Source: the human T2T-CHM13v2.0 reference genome, Homo sapiens
NCBI RefSeq assembly: GCF_009914755.1
Contig: NC_060931.1
DNA: 64,000 bases
Strand: one strand, 5' to 3'
A program made the position numbers and the translations under genes. How positions within the stretch are numbered: position 1 is the stretch's first letter; each line of letters starts with the position of its first letter. Positions 25,240-38,859 of the stretch are shown in pieces. A model generated the notes under the pieces. It searched no databases and was not told the origin of the DNA. It saw nothing but the letters and a program-made list of their open reading frames with translations.

Positions 25240-26800
25240 GTCATATTTACTGTATCACTGTCTTAAATGACAACTGGGCTGGATACATACTTTTGTGTCA
25301 TACTTTCTCTCAGAATATGTAGACTTTGCTCCATTATCGTCTGAGAATAAACTTCAGAAAAAAATTCTTAGGCCACACTCCTTTTGTTTCCTGTAGAAAA
25401 CTTGTTTTATTCTCTCAGGTGCCCTGGAGAACTCTTTATTTATCTTTGAAGTTGAACTACTAACCAATGTGTATTTGCTGTTGATTTTTCTCTGTCAGCT
25501 TTTCTCAAAAATATGAAGATTTCACCCATGGAAATATTCTGTATCATATCTTTAAGTGCATTTTTAGTTCAATTTGTTGAGTTTTCTACTTCAAATCACA
25601 ATTATCTTTACATTCTATTGCTTTTGTCATCAAGTCTGTCATTGTTTCTTTGACTGCTTTCTTTTCTTTCTTCTTTATTTACTGTGGTTATTGCAAGTCA
25701 TTAATTCAAAAACTAGATAAGTCTATTTTGCCCCTTATAGGCTCTAACTAATATATTAGTTCTGTAATGATAGGTTTGGATTGTTCATTTGCAGTGGTTC
25801 TTAATCTGTTTCCTTTGGTCTGTAGCTTCCTTGTCTAGTCCTTTCTGTTGCTTTATCTTCTTGCTTTTGAACTCTTAGATCCTAACTAAGATTTTCTATG
25901 ACATAAGGCATTCATGAGGAATTCGCTTTAGTTTCTTGGGTTATGTTTCCTTCCATGCTAGGTCTTGCCCGAGCACATTCATAATATGTTACTTTCTTTT
26001 ATCCTTCCTTCCTCCTTCCTCCCTTTTTCCTTTCCTTCCTCCCCTCCTTTTTTCTTTTCCTCTAGTATATTAGCACTGTTGCAATAAAATTTCTTCTTCG
26101 TCATAATTAATCAGCATAGCTCTTTTTTTATTTATTCTGCTACAGGGTGGTATATTATCTTTGATGTCCTTATCAGGTACCAGTTTTTCTACCCTCTTCT
26201 GGGCTATGGTTTGAAGGACGAGATTTGTTGTTAATTCAATTTTTTTAAGTATTAAGGGTTGGATGGGGAGAGACAGTAGTTCTTGGAGATGAAAATGACC
26301 CTTTCTGAGTGATCTGAGTTGAACTCTGTATTAGCTGTCCTCTGCAAAGTCCTACTCCACCTAACCATTATGTCCCATTTTCTAGGTTTTAGATTGTTAC
26401 CTAACTCTGGACAGTGCCCTGGGAGATAGTAGCCCCCAGCTGCCTTACTGCCTCTCTCAGGTCCCATACCTACCTGGAGAGGTTTATACCTTGTAGGGTT
26501 TCCTCTGACTTTTTTCAGTCCTGCTTCTTTAGTTCTTTAGTTACTTTCTCCTTAAACTAAAGAATATCAGTGACACATCTCAACAATTTTTAGATTCAAC
26601 TTTTTCTCTCATATTTACCTTCTGGGTAGGGCCAACATATTAGAGGGTTCCAAACTATAATTTTCTGTTTCTTCCATTAACCACCATTTTTTGAATGTAT
26701 AATGGTTTTCTTCCTTTTTATGGTTGTTGCTAATGAGTTTTTACTAATTTTAAAATTTTAATTATTACTGTTCATTTTATAAGTTACTGGTAAGGGAAAT
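25240..26800 (-). mobile_element. HAL1-like ancient L1 (ORF1/5' region)
   Basis: gaaaacttgttttattctctcaggtgccctggagaactctttatttatctttgaagttg... antisense ORF1 pattern. Confidence 0.55.
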
Positions 26801-27540
26801 TCTTTGGCATATTTTTACTTCCCCATATCTACCTCTTTCCCATATCTTTAAAACCTGAAATAAATCCCAGAATCATTACCACTCAATCATACAAAGTTTT
26901 CTTAACAGCCAGTGTTCTCCATTTTTCCCTTTGATTTCAAATGGCATTCATTATAGAGTTTTATAATTTCTTCCAACACTAGACTTTTAAGGGGTCAAAC
27001 CATATTCTTATTCTAAATGGTCTCAACATATTTAGACACAATAGGGAACAGACTAATTTTATAATTAACTTTTTGTTTTAGAGTAGAATAGAATTTTAAC
27101 ACAAAAATTGCAATGATAGTACAGAGAATACCCATATATTACTAATGGGGTTTCCTCTATTATTAAAATATTACATTGGTGCTACATTTTTCCAAAATTA
27201 AAAACACAAGCATTGGTATATTGCTGTTTACTAAACTCCAAACTTTGTTTAAGATTCACTCATTTTCCCACAAATGTCCTTTTTCTTCTTTCTGGATACC
27301 ATCCAGGATATCATATTTAGTAGTTATGTCTACTTAGTTACCTCTAGTCAATAGTTTCTCAGACTTTCCTTGTTTTTGATGACCTTGATATTTTGAGGAG
27401 TACTGGTAAGATAGTTTATAAATGTTCCTTAATTTTGGTTTGTCTGATGGTTTTCTAGCGGCTAGATTTAAATTAGGAATTTATAGGACCTAATACCACA
27501 GAATTGAAATGTTTTTCTCATCATATTATATTGGGGGTGC

Positions 27541-30500
27541 TGTTACGGGCTGAACTGCATCCCCCAAAATTAGTATGTTGAAGTCTTAATCCCAAGCACA
27601 TCACAAAATGACTATGTTTGGAGAGAGGGCCTTGAAAGTGATAACTAAGGTGAAATGAAGTCCTATAAGTAGGCCCTAATCCAATCTAACTGATGTTCTT
27701 ATAAGAAGAGAAGATTAGAACATAGACAACCCTGACTGAGGACATAGAAAGGCGGCGGCCACTTGCAAACCAAGGAAGGAGGCCTCTGAAAAGTTCAAAC
27801 CTTTCAGGACCTTGATCATGGACTTCTAGCCTCCAGAACTGTGAAAAAATTAATCCATGTTCTTTTTTTATGCTTTAAGTTCTGGGATACATGTGCAGAA
27901 CATGCAAATTTGTTACATAGGTATACATGTGCCATGGTGGTTTGCTGCACTCATCAAGCTGTCATCTACATTAGGTATTTCTCCTAATGCTATCTCTCCC
28001 CTTGGCTCCCACCCCTCAACAGGCCCCAGTGTGTGATGTTCTCCTCCCTGTGATATGTTCTCATTGTTCAACTCCCACTTATGTGTGAGAACATGCGGTG
28101 TTTGGTTTTCTGTTCCTGTGTTAGTTTGCTGAGAATGATGGTATCCAGCTTCATCCATGCCCCTACAAAGGACATGAACTCATTCTTTTTTATGACTGCA
28201 TAGTAATCCATGGTGTATATGTGCCACATTTTCTTTATCCAGTCTATCACTGATGGGCATTTAGGTTGGTTCCAAGTCTTTGCTATTGTGCATAGTGCTG
28301 CAATAAACATACGTGTGCATGTGTCTTTATACTAGAATGATTTATAATCCTTTAGGTATATACCCAGTAATGGGACTGTTGAGTGAAATGGCATTTCTAG
28401 TTCTATATGCTTGAGGAATTGCCACACTATCTTCCACCATGGTTGAACTAATTTACACTCCCACCAACAGTATAAAAGCATTCCTATTTCCCCACACCCT
28501 CTCCAGCATCTGTTGTTTCCTGACTTTTTAATGATTGCCATTCTAACTGGCGTGAGATGGTATTTCATTGTGGTTTTGATTTGCATTTCCCTAATGTCCA
28601 GTGATGAGCTTTTTTTCACATGTTTGTTGGCCACATATATGTCTTCTTTTGAGAAGTGTCTGTTCATGTCCTTTAACCACTTTTTGATGGGGTTGTCTGT
28701 TTTTTTCGTCTTGTAAATTTGTTTAAGTTCCTTATAAATCCTAGATATTAGCCCTTTGTCAGATGGATAGATTGCAAAAATTTTCTCCCATTCTGTAGGT
28801 TGCCTGTTCACTCTGATGATAGTTTCTTTTGCTGTGCAGAAGCTCTTTAGTTTAATTAGATCCCATTTGTCAATTTTGGCTTTTGTTGCAATTGCTTTTG
28901 GTGTTTTAGTCATGAAGTCTTTGCCCATGCCTATATCTTGAATGGTATTGCCTAGGTTTTCTTCTAGGGTTTTCATGGTCTCAGGTCCTACGTTTAAGCC
29001 TTTAATCCATCTTGAGTTAATTTTTGTATAAGGTGTAAGGAAGGGCTCCAGTTTCAGTTTTCTGCATATGGCTAGCCAGTTTTCCCAACACCATTTCTTA
29101 AAAAATCCTTTCCCCATTGCTTGTTTTTGTCAGGTTTGTCAAAGATCACATGGTTGTGGACATGTGGTGTAGACTTTGTAGTATAGTTTGAAGTCAGGCA
29201 GTATGATCCCTCAGCTTTATTCTTTTTGCTTAGGATTGTCTTGGCTATACAGGCTCTTTTCTTGGTTCCATATGAAATTTAAAGTACTTTTTTCTAATTC
29301 TGTGAAGAAAGTCAATGGTAGCTTGATGGTAATAGCATTGAATCTATAAATTACTTTGGGCAGTATGGCCATTTTCATGATATCAAGTCTTCCTATTCAA
29401 GAGCATGGAATGTTTTTCCATTTGTTTCTGTCCTCTCTTATTTCCTTGAGCAGTGGTTGGTAGTTCTGCTTGAAGAGGTCCTTCACATCCTTTGTAAGCT
29501 GTATTCCTAGGTATTTTATTCTCTTTGTAGCAATTGTGAATGGGAGTTCACTCATGATTTGGCTCTCTGTTTGTCTATTATTGGTGTATAAGAATGCTTG
29601 TGATTCTTGCACATTGATTTTGTATCCTGAGACTTTGCTGAAATTGCTTATCAGCTTAAGGAGTTTTTGGACTGAGACGATGGAGTTTTCTAAATATATA
29701 ATCGTCATCTGCACAGACAGTTTGACTTCCTATCTTCCTATTTGAATACTCTTTCTTTCTCTTGCCTGATTGCCCTGGCCAGAACTTCCAATACTATGTT
29801 GAATAGGAGTAGTGAGAGAGGGCATCCTTGTCCTCTGCCAGTTTTCACAGGGAATGCTTCCAGCTTTTGCCCATCCTGTGTTGATAGTGGCTGTGGGTTT
29901 CTCATAAATAGCTCTCATTATTTTGAGATAGGCTCCATTAATACCTAGTTTTTTGACTGTTTTTAGCATGAAGGAGTGCTGAATTTTATCAAAGGTCTTT
30001 TCTGCATCTATTGAGATAATCATGTGGTTTTTGTCGTTGGTTCTGTTTATGTGATGGATTACATTTATTGATTTGAATATGTTGAACCAGTCTTGCATCC
30101 CAGGGATGAAGCCAACTTGATTGTGGTGGATAAGCTTTTTAATGTGCTGCTGGATTCGGTTTGCCAGTATTTTATTGAGGATTTTCACATAAATGTTCAT
30201 CAGGGATATTGGCCTGAAATTTTCTTTTTTGTGTTTCTCTGCCAGGTTTTTGTATTAGGATGATGCTGGCCTCATAAAATGAGTTAGGGAGGAATCCCCT
30301 TTTTTCTATTGTTTGGAATAGTTTCAGAAGGAATAGTATCAGTTCCTCTTTGTACCTCTCATAGAATTCGGCTGTGAATCTGTCTGGTCCTGGGCTTTTT
30401 TTGATTAGTAGGAAATTAATTACTGCCTCAATTTCAGAATTTGTTATTGGTCTATTCAGGGATATGACTTCTTCCTGGTTTAGTCTTGGGAGGGTGTATG

Positions 30501-33500
30501 TGTCTAGGAATATATCCATTTCTTCTAGATTTTCTAGTTTATTTGCATAGAGATGTTTATAGTATTCTCTCATGGTAGTCTGTATTTCTGTGGGATCAGT
30601 GGTGATATTCCCTTTATCACTTTTATCGTGTCTGTTTTATTCTTCTGTCTTTTCTTCTTTATTAGTTAGGCTAGCAGTCTATCTATTTTGTTAATCTTTT
30701 CAAAAAACCAGCTCTTGGATTCATTGATCTTTTTGAAGGTTTTTTTTTTGCGTCTTGATCTCCTTCAGTTCTGCTCTGATCTTAGTTATTTCTTGTCTTC
30801 TGCTAGCCTTTGAATTTGTTTGCTCTTGCTTCTCTAGTTCTTTTAATTGTGATGTTAGAGTTTCGATTTTAGATCTTTCCCACTTCCTCTTGTGGGCATT
30901 TTGTGCTATAAATTTCCCTCTAAACACTGCTTTAGCTGTGTCTCAGAGATTCTAGTATGTTGTGTCTTTGTTCTCTTTGGTTTCAAAGAACTTATTTATT
31001 TCTGCCTTAATTTTGTTATTTACCCAGTAGTGAATCAGGAGCAGGTTGCTCAGTTTCCATGTAGTTGTGCAGTTTTCAGTGAGTTTCTTAATTCTGAGTT
31101 CTAATTTGATTGCACTGTGATCTGAGAGATGTTTTGTTATGATTTCCTTTCTTTTGCATTTGCTAAGGAGTGTTTTACTTCCAATTATGTGGCCAAATTT
31201 AGAATAAGTTCTATGTGGTGCTGAGAAGAATAGGTGGAGAGTTCTGTTGATGTCTATTAGTTTTGCTTGGTCCAGAGCTGAGTACAATTCCTGAATATCC
31301 TTGTTAATTTTCAGTCTCGTTGGTCTGTCTAATATTGACAGTGGGGTGTTAAAGTCTCTCACTATTATTGTGTTGGAGTCTAAGGCTCTTTGTAGGTCTC
31401 TAAGAACTTGCTTTCTGAATGTGGGTACTCCTGTGTTGGTTGCATATATATTTAGTGTAGTTAGCGCTTCTTGTTGCATTGATCCTTTTACCATTATGTA
31501 ATGCCCTTCTTTTTTTTTTTTTTAATCTTTTTTGGTTTAAAATCTGTTTTATCAGAGACTAGGATAGCAACCCCTGCTTTTTTGCTTTCCATTTGCTTGG
31601 TAAATATTCCTCCATCCCTTTATTTTGAGCCTATGTGTGTCTTTGCATGTGAGATGGGTCTCCTGAATACAACACACCAATGGGTCTTGACTATTTATCC
31701 AATTTGCCACACTGTGTCTTTTAATTGGGACATTCAGCCCATTTATATTTAAGGTTAATATTGTCATGTGTGAATTTGATCCTGTCATTATGATGCTAGT
31801 TGGTTATTTTGCCCATTAGTTGATGCAGTTTCTTCATAGTGTCAATGGTCTTTACATCTTGGTTTGTTTTTGCAGTGGCTGGTGCCGGTTTTTCCTTTCC
31901 ATATTTAGTGCTTCATTCAGGAGCTCTTCTAAGGCAGGCCTGGTGGTGACAAATCCCTTAGCATTTGTTTGTTTGTAATGGATTTTATTTCTCCTTCACT
32001 CATGAAGCTTAGTTTGGCTAGATATGAAATTCTGGTTTGAAAATTCTTTAAGAATATTGAATATTGGCACCCACTTTCTTCTGGCTTGCAGGGTTTCTGC
32101 AGAGAGATCTGCTGTTAGTCTGATGGGCTTCCCTTTGGGTAACCCAATCTTTCTCTCTGGCTGCCCTTAACATTTTTTCCCTCATTTCAACCTTGGTGAA
32201 TCTGATGATTCTGTGTCTTAGGGTTGCTCTTCTCAAGGAGTATCATTGTGGTGGTGTCTGTATTTCCTGAATTTGAATGTTGGCCTGTTTTTCTTGGTTG
32301 GGGAAGTTCTCCTGGAAAATAACCTGAAGTGTGTTTTCCAACTTGGTTCCATTAACCTTGTCACTTTCCAGTACACCAATCCAACATAGTTTTGGTCTTT
32401 TCACATAGTCCCATATTTCTTGGAGGCTTTGTCCATTTCTTTTCATTCTTTTTTCTCTAAATTTTGTCTTTGTGCTTTATATCATTAAGTTGATCTTCAA
32501 TCTCTGATATCCTTTATTCTGCTTGATCGATTCAGCTATTGATAATTGTGTATGCTTCATGAAGTTCTCGTGCTGTGTTTTTCAGCTTCATCAGGTCATT
32601 TATGTTCTTCTCTAGTTATTCTAGTTAGCAGTTCCTGTAACCTTTTATCAATGTTGTTAACTTCCTTGCATTGGGTTAGAACATGGTCTTTTAGCTCAGA
32701 GGAGTTTGTTATTACCCACCTTCTGAAGCCTACTTCTGTCAATTTGTCAAACTCATTCTCTGTCCAGTTTTGTTCCCTTGCTGGCAAGGAGTTGTGACCC
32801 TTTAGAGGAGAAGAGGCATTCTGGTTTTTGGAATTTTCAGCCTTTTTGCACTGGTTTTTCCTCATCTCCATGGATTTATCTACCTTTGGTCTTTGATGTT
32901 GGTGACCTTCAGATGGGGTTTTTGCATGGGCATTCTTTTTGTTGATGTGGATGCCATTGCTTTCTGTTAGTTTTCCTTCTAAAAATCAGTCCCCTCTTCT
33001 GCAGGTCTGCTGGAGTTTGCTGGAGGTCCACTCCAGACCCTGTTTGCCTGGGTATGACCAGAGGAGGCTGCAGAACAGCAAATATTACTGCCTGCTCTTT
33101 CCTCTGGAAGCTTTGTCCCAATGGGGCACCCACCAGATGCCAGCTGGAGCTCTCCTGCATGAGGTGTCTGTTGATCCTTGCTGGGAGGTTTCTCCCCATC
33201 AGAAGGCTCGGAGGTCAGGGACCCATTTGAGGAGGCTATCTGTCCCTTAGCAGAGCTCAAGTGCTGTGCTGGGAGATCTGCTGCTGTCTTCAGAGCCAGC
33301 AGGCAGGAACATTTAAGTCTGCTGAAGCTGCGTCCACAGTCACCCGTTTCTCCATGTGCTCTGTCCCAGGGAGGTGGAGTTTGATCTATAAGCCCCTGAC
33401 TGGGGCTGCTGCCTTTCTTTCAGAGATGCCTTGCCCAGAGAGGGAGCCTGGCTACAGTGGCTTTGCCATGCTGTGGTGGGTTCAGCACCCAGTTTGAACA

Positions 33501-34215
33501 TTGAGCCACTTTGTTTACACTGTGAAGGGAAAACTGCCTACTCAAGCCTCAGTAATGGCAGATGTTCTTCCCCCCACCAAGCTCTAGCATCCCAGATCAA
33601 CTTCAGACTACTGTGCTGGCAGCAAGAATTTCAGGCCAGTGGATCTTAGCTTGTTGGGCTCTGTGGGGTGGGATCTGCTGAGTGAGACCACTCAGCTCCC
33701 TGGCTTCAGCCCCCTTTCCAGGGGAGTGAATGGTTCTGTCTCGCTGGTGTTCCAAGCGCCACTGGGTTACAGAAAAAAAATGCTACAGCTAGCTAGGTGT
33801 CTGCCCAAATGGTCGCCCAGTTTTGTTCTTGAAACTCAGGGACCTCGTAGTGTAGGCACTTGAGGGAATTTCCTGGTCTGCTGGTTGCCAAGACCATGCG
33901 AAATTGTAGTATCTTGGCCGGATAGCACCATCTCTCATGGCACAGTCCCTCACAGCTTCCCTTGGCTAGAGGAGGGAGTTCCCTGACCCCTTGAACTTCC
34001 TAGGTAAGGCAATGCCCCACCCTGCTTCTGCTCACCCTAGGCCTTAACAAGTCCCAATGAGATGAACCAGGTACCTCAGTTGGAAATGCAGAAATCATCT
34101 GCCTTCTGCGTTGGTCTCACTGGGAGCTGCAGACTGGAGTTGTTCCTATTCAGCCATCTTGCTCTGTAATCTAGGCTGTGATATTTTGTTACGGCAGGCC
34201 TGGCAGTCTAATACA
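27541..34215 (+). mobile_element. MLT1B solo LTR (27541-27862 and about 34165-34215), split by L1PA
   Basis: tgttacgggctgaactgcatcccccaaaatt...; end tattttgttacggcaggcctggcagtctaataca; near-TSD ggtgc/ggtcc. Confidence 0.88.
27863..34164 (-). mobile_element. Near full-length (~6.3 kb) L1PA7-like LINE-1; ORF1 and ORF2 disrupted
   Basis: 5' UTR (caagatggctgaataggaacaactcc on minus), ORF1 pieces (32871-32048), ORF2 EN/RT pieces (MTGSNSHMTILTLNINGLN; [12 protein letters not shown]; [14 protein letters not shown]), 3' UTR and T-tail; many frameshifts. Confidence 0.97.
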
Positions 34216-35268
34216 GGTCCACACTATCAACATGACTTACTACTGGTGGTATTATCCATGATCTAGTCCAGGTAGTTCTTGCCAGGTTTCTCCATTTTGA
34301 GTTACTTTTATTCTCCCTTTTCAGGCTCTATACTTTTGAAGCAAGTTGCTAAGTGCACCCCACATAGGAGAGGTCTGGGGGATGGGTTGTATAAGTGTTT
34401 GGCTCCACTTCCTGAATAGAAAGTATTCACATACATCATTTGGAACTTTTCTGTAAGAAAGATTTGTCTCTTCTCCCTATTTATTTATTTATTCAATGGC
34501 CTGTTTATATCAATATGGGCTCACATACATTTATTTTATACTGTGGGTTATAACCTGATACTAATGTATTTATTTTGTTGGTTAAATTTTTCTGCCTTTG
34601 ACCTTTGGGAGTTCTTTCAGTTGTCTCTAATATCCCTTTGACATGCATCTATTATTGTGTTCTTAATTTTTTAACACTTCCTATTTTCTGTCATTATAAG
34701 ATGTGCCAGGGTCATCTAGTATTTTTCCTGGCCAAGCCCTAGGATTATCCATATCTCCAAGGAGCCCTGCTTCATCTTACTGGAGAAACCAAGATCTGGG
34801 CGTTGGTTGGAAAAAATTTTAAATACAGTTTCATAAAGTTTTTCTAAAGTGTTCTCCCTTACCAATTACAATTTCTTGGTTGTATTTTCCCTCAATCATT
34901 GAAGGAAATGATACTTTTCTCTCCTTAATATAAAGACATACTTCCTTGGTATTTTCTGTCTTTCTTATTCACTGGAACAGAGTTTCCCATCAAGTGTGTG
35001 TTCTGTGAGCATAAGTTCTGTGAGAGGCTCTGTGGGGACAAAGTTTAACTTCATAATCAAATAATTTGGAAAGCATAGGGTAAGTATAGCCTCTGGAAAA
35101 TCATATTTTACGTTGACAAATGATAAAAAGCTTTATTTTTATCTTTTCACAGTAAAAAGTTAACTTAGTTTAACACATTTTTTTTTTCCAAAGTCTCTTG
35201 GCTATAGATATTATCATTTTTGGAATGTGTACTGACATCTTCCAGAACTTGTATTCCTTGGAATTCAC

Positions 35269-35483
35269 TTGGGTCAAGGCAAACATAATACCTTGATTTG
35301 GAAACCACTTGCAGCTATACTGTACAGCAGCTGAGAGAAGTATTTTCTTTTACATGCACTAAGGCTAGAATGAAAATAGTTATTTTGAGGTGCCCTGTGG
35401 TTGAATGGTCTTTTCCACAGAGTGTTGGATCTTTTTCTTTCATCTCCTTGAGCACCAATCCTTCTAGCTTTGCCAAACTCAGA
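35269..35483 (-). pseudogene. Fossil exon I: (S)LSLAKLEGLVLKEMKEKDPTL...ITIFILALVHVKE(fs)KYFSQLLYSIAASGFQIK
   Basis: End of one NDK-like repeat (SxxxAxxE) and start of the next, matching TCCIVKPHAVSEGLLGKILMAIRDAGFEI in register after restoring one A. Acceptor decayed; donor at 35291 or 35268. Confidence 0.65.
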
Positions 35484-35562
35484 CTCATTATGAGTACCCA
35501 TGATGCAATTAAAATGCAGTTTTAAATTAAAATGGTACTTTAACGGATAATGGTACAGGTAC

Positions 35563-35720
35563 CTTATCCAATAGTGTTGCTCATGGAGTTGAGAATAATT
35601 TTTTCATCTGTCTCACTAGCAGTTAAACCAGACCATTTATCCACAACTATGACAGCATAATTTCCAGGTCCTATTTTACTCATGAATTGCTGGAAGATGT
35701 GTTCCAAAAGAGAGTGTATC
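35563..35720 (-). pseudogene. Fossil exon H: IHSLLEHIFQQFMSKIGPGNYAVIVVDKWSGLTASETDEK(fs)NYSQLHEQHYWI
   Basis: ttaattgctag|G ... AAG|gtacct. GPGNYAVIVVDKWSGLTA aligns gap-free to NME7-type GPANSGVARTDASESIRA (recalled). One 1-nt loss in an A-run is inferred. Confidence 0.72.
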
Positions 35721-36029
35721 CTAGCAATTAAATAAATGATAGATTGTTTCTGTGAATTTACTGAAATTAGGGATAATAAATTCAGCAAAGCTTTTATCAA
35801 CAAAATGTAACTGATTAGAACAATCAATTACCTAGATTTTTTTCCTTCTGAAATTATACTTAGGGGAATCAGAGACCGAATATAACAAAATAAATTGATA
35901 TCAGGAAAATCAACTTCAGAAAATTAATGTTCAGTTCAGGTACACCCAAATTTTTAATATTTTTTACCTGTAGAACGGTGGCATAAAACTAGAATAGAAT
36001 CATTTTTATTAATGATAATGTAATATAAA

Positions 36030-36240
36030 AACAGCATTTCTTAAATACTTGCTATAAGTCAAGTACTATTCTGAGTACTCTACATATATTTAATTCTCAC
36101 AATGAATATATGAGGTATATGCTATTACATTTATTGAACACAATGAGAAACTAAAGGTTAGAGATATAAGGTAACTTGCCCAAGGTCACATACTTTATAA
36201 GTAGTAAAGACTAGAATTTTAATCCAGGCATCCTGACATG
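36030..36240 (-). mobile_element. MIR SINE
   Basis: Core aatgagaaactaaagg...ggtaacttgcccaaggtcaca. Confidence 0.85.
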
Positions 36241-36669
36241 AAGATGCATGACCCATTTAGAACTAGTATTAGTTCATATTGTTAAGTCAATAGGAACAAC
36301 TGGATTAATTATACAATACTTTCATACGACTGGTAGGTTCTTGAAATCAAGCATGCATAATTTCTAATTTTTATGCACAGACCAGATCCCAGGAATTGAC
36401 ATTTTTAACAAGCACAACCCCTCTTCCTCACTCTCAGTATTTTATTGCAGGTAGTTCACAGTCAGTACTTTGAGAAACACTTGTAAAGTAATGTAAGTTC
36501 TGAGAGATTGAAGAACACAGAAGGCAAATATTTTAAGAATTTGAAAGCTCTAATTAAAATGTTTACACTTTGCAGTCTCACTTTATCTGCTCTTTTAAAT
36601 ATTACTTCCCTCCTTCTATAATATCATAGATATATATTAAGTGCTTAATTTGTGTCTCATACTCTTATA

Positions 36670-38280
36670 GCTAGAGACATCTTTATAAGTGCATAAAGTT
36701 TAAAATAATAATTTATATTAGGCTACATTAAGTCAAGTATGCATAGTTAAGTTCCTAGGGTAATCACTGAAGGAATAGTTTTAAAATGCTAATGGAGAGA
36801 AAATATGAATAGTAAAATAGTTATTTGACCTAAAGATAGCAAGAAAAGATAGTAACGAGAATATAAAATAGATGGATGAAATAGAAAATAACTATATCTA
36901 TAATAACATTAAATGTAAATTGAGTAAATAATCCAATTAAGACCTAGAATATCAGAATCGAACTATATGACGATGAGTGCATCTTAAATAGAAAGACACA
37001 GAAAAGTTGAAAGTAAAATGTAAAAGGTATATCATGCAAGTAGTACTTACCAAAAATATTTGGCTTAGCTATATTGACATTAGAAAAAGTAGATTCTTAT
37101 GACAATTTGTATTAGTAGCTAAAGGGATTTACATTTCAAAATGATAAAAAGGTCAGTCTCCTAGGAACATAAATCCCAAATCTTTATCCACCAATAGTGT
37201 AATTATTAAATACATACAGTAAAAAATTATTAAATACATACAGTAAAAAATTGATATAGCTAAACATTTTAATAGAAAAATCTAAAACTAAAAATTTAGT
37301 AGAAAAATTATATAACTAAACATTTTAATAGAAAAATCTACAATCATAATAAAAGACCTTAACACATCTCTTGTGAAGTTACTTTTAAAAAGTAAACAAA
37401 AATTCTCAAAGGATAGAGAAAATCTTAGAAACACAATTAACCAACTTGACTGAATAAATATATGTAGACTGTTTCACCCAACAATGATAGAATCCACATT
37501 ATTTTAATTGCAGATGAAACATTTTAAAAATTAATAAGATCCTGGGTCATATAGTAAATATTGACGTATTTCAAAGCCTTGAATAATTTTTAGTTTTTCT
37601 AACTGGAATAAATTTATGTTAAAAATTAGTAACTGAAAGATGATTAGGACATTTCCAACCCTTGGAAACTAGACACTTTTAAATCCAGGAATCAAAAAAT
37701 AAATTATAATGGAGATTACAGACCAAGCACCATGGCTCATGCCTGTGCTTTGGGAAGTCGAGGTGACAGGATCACTTGAGGCCAGGAGTTTGAGACTAGC
37801 CTGAGCAACATAGCAAAATCCTATCTGTACACACAGAAAAAGTTAGGTGAGTGTGGTGGTGCATGTCTATAGTTCTAGCTACTCACGAGTCTTAGGTAGG
37901 AGGATTGCATGAGCCCAAGAGTTAGAGGCTGCAATGAGCTGATTATGCCACTGCACACCTGCCTGGGAACAGAGTGAGACCCGGTCTCTCTTAAAAAAAA
38001 AAAAGAAAAAGAAAAAGAAAATACTTTTAATTAAATGATAGTTGAGATATTATATGTGAAAATTAATGGTATTCAGCTAAAGCAGTGTTTAGATACAAAT
38101 TTAAAGTCTAGGATCTATTTATTAGAAAAAATAAGAGCTAAAAGAGGACAATCTAAGCTTCCTTTTCAAGACACACAAAATACAGCAAAACAAACTGAAG
38201 ACTAGCAGAAGGAAATAATAAAGATGAGATAATAAATCAATAATATAAAACACAAACAAATAATGGAGGAAATAAAGGTT
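36670..38280 (+). mobile_element. Old L1M ORF2 endonuclease-region fragment, interrupted by AluJ
   Basis: ataacattaaatgtaaat...ccaattaa...atgataaaaaggtcagt...cagctaaagcagtgtttaga. Confidence 0.8.
37721..38020 (+). mobile_element. AluJ
   Basis: ggatcacttgaggccaggagtttgagac...ggaggattgcatgagcccaagag...gaggctgcaatgagct; A-rich tail. Confidence 0.95.
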
Positions 38281-38294
38281 TTTTATGGGCAACG

Positions 38295-38819
38295 ATTTTG
38301 GCCGATTAATGATGCTCACACATTCTTTGACACTCCTCTTATGGAGAGGTGCACTTTGTGTCTGCTGTCCTTAAATCTGGTGAGCTCTGTGACTATTTTG
38401 AATAATTAAATATGGCAGACATGTGCCATTCTCTCTGGATCTAGGCTTTAAGAAACTGTCAGTTTCCACTTCCTGTCTCTAGGAACCTGCACTTACAGCC
38501 CTGAGATATCATGTCAGACATCTGATTTACACGTAAGTGTTTCAGACGACTATTTCAACTAATTCCTGCCTGCCAGTTATCCCTGCCAAGATGTCTGGCA
38601 TATGAGTGAAGCTGATATGGATCCTTCCAGCTGGAGCAAACCAGCTGGCCGCTGAATAGCACCAACTGATCTCAGTCAGTACCTCAAAAGAGTAGAAGAA
38701 TCATCCAGCTGAGCCCTGCCCCAATTCCTACCCACCAAATCATAAGATATAAAAAAGTTTGTTATTCTAAATTGAAAGGTTTTAGATTATTTGTTATGCA
38801 GCAATAGATAGCGAGAACA
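38295..38819 (+). mobile_element. MaLR LTR (MLT1G/H-like)
   Basis: attctttgacactcctc...ccagctgagccctgccccaattcc...ttgttatgcagcaatagatagcgagaaca. Confidence 0.8.
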
Positions 38820-38859
38820 AATACATATAACTAAATTTGACAATTTTCAATTTTATGTT

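Larger units (their letters stand above)
27060..34810 (-). mobile_element. L1MC4-like 3' UTR, split (27060-27540 and 34216-34810) by nested MLT1B and L1PA
   Basis: tttctcagactttccttgtttttgatgaccttga...gaggagtactggt; resumes after 34215 with actatcaacatgactta... to gaaaccaagatctggg. Confidence 0.8.

Noticed and set aside
28068-33863. Many long ORFs (up to 261 aa)
   Set aside because: Frameshifted pieces of L1 ORF2/ORF1/5' UTR or their antisense frames; not host genes and not retrotransposition-competent.
37200-37342. 25-bp tandem duplication and nearby ~27-bp direct repeat
   Set aside because: Ordinary slippage duplications within an old L1.
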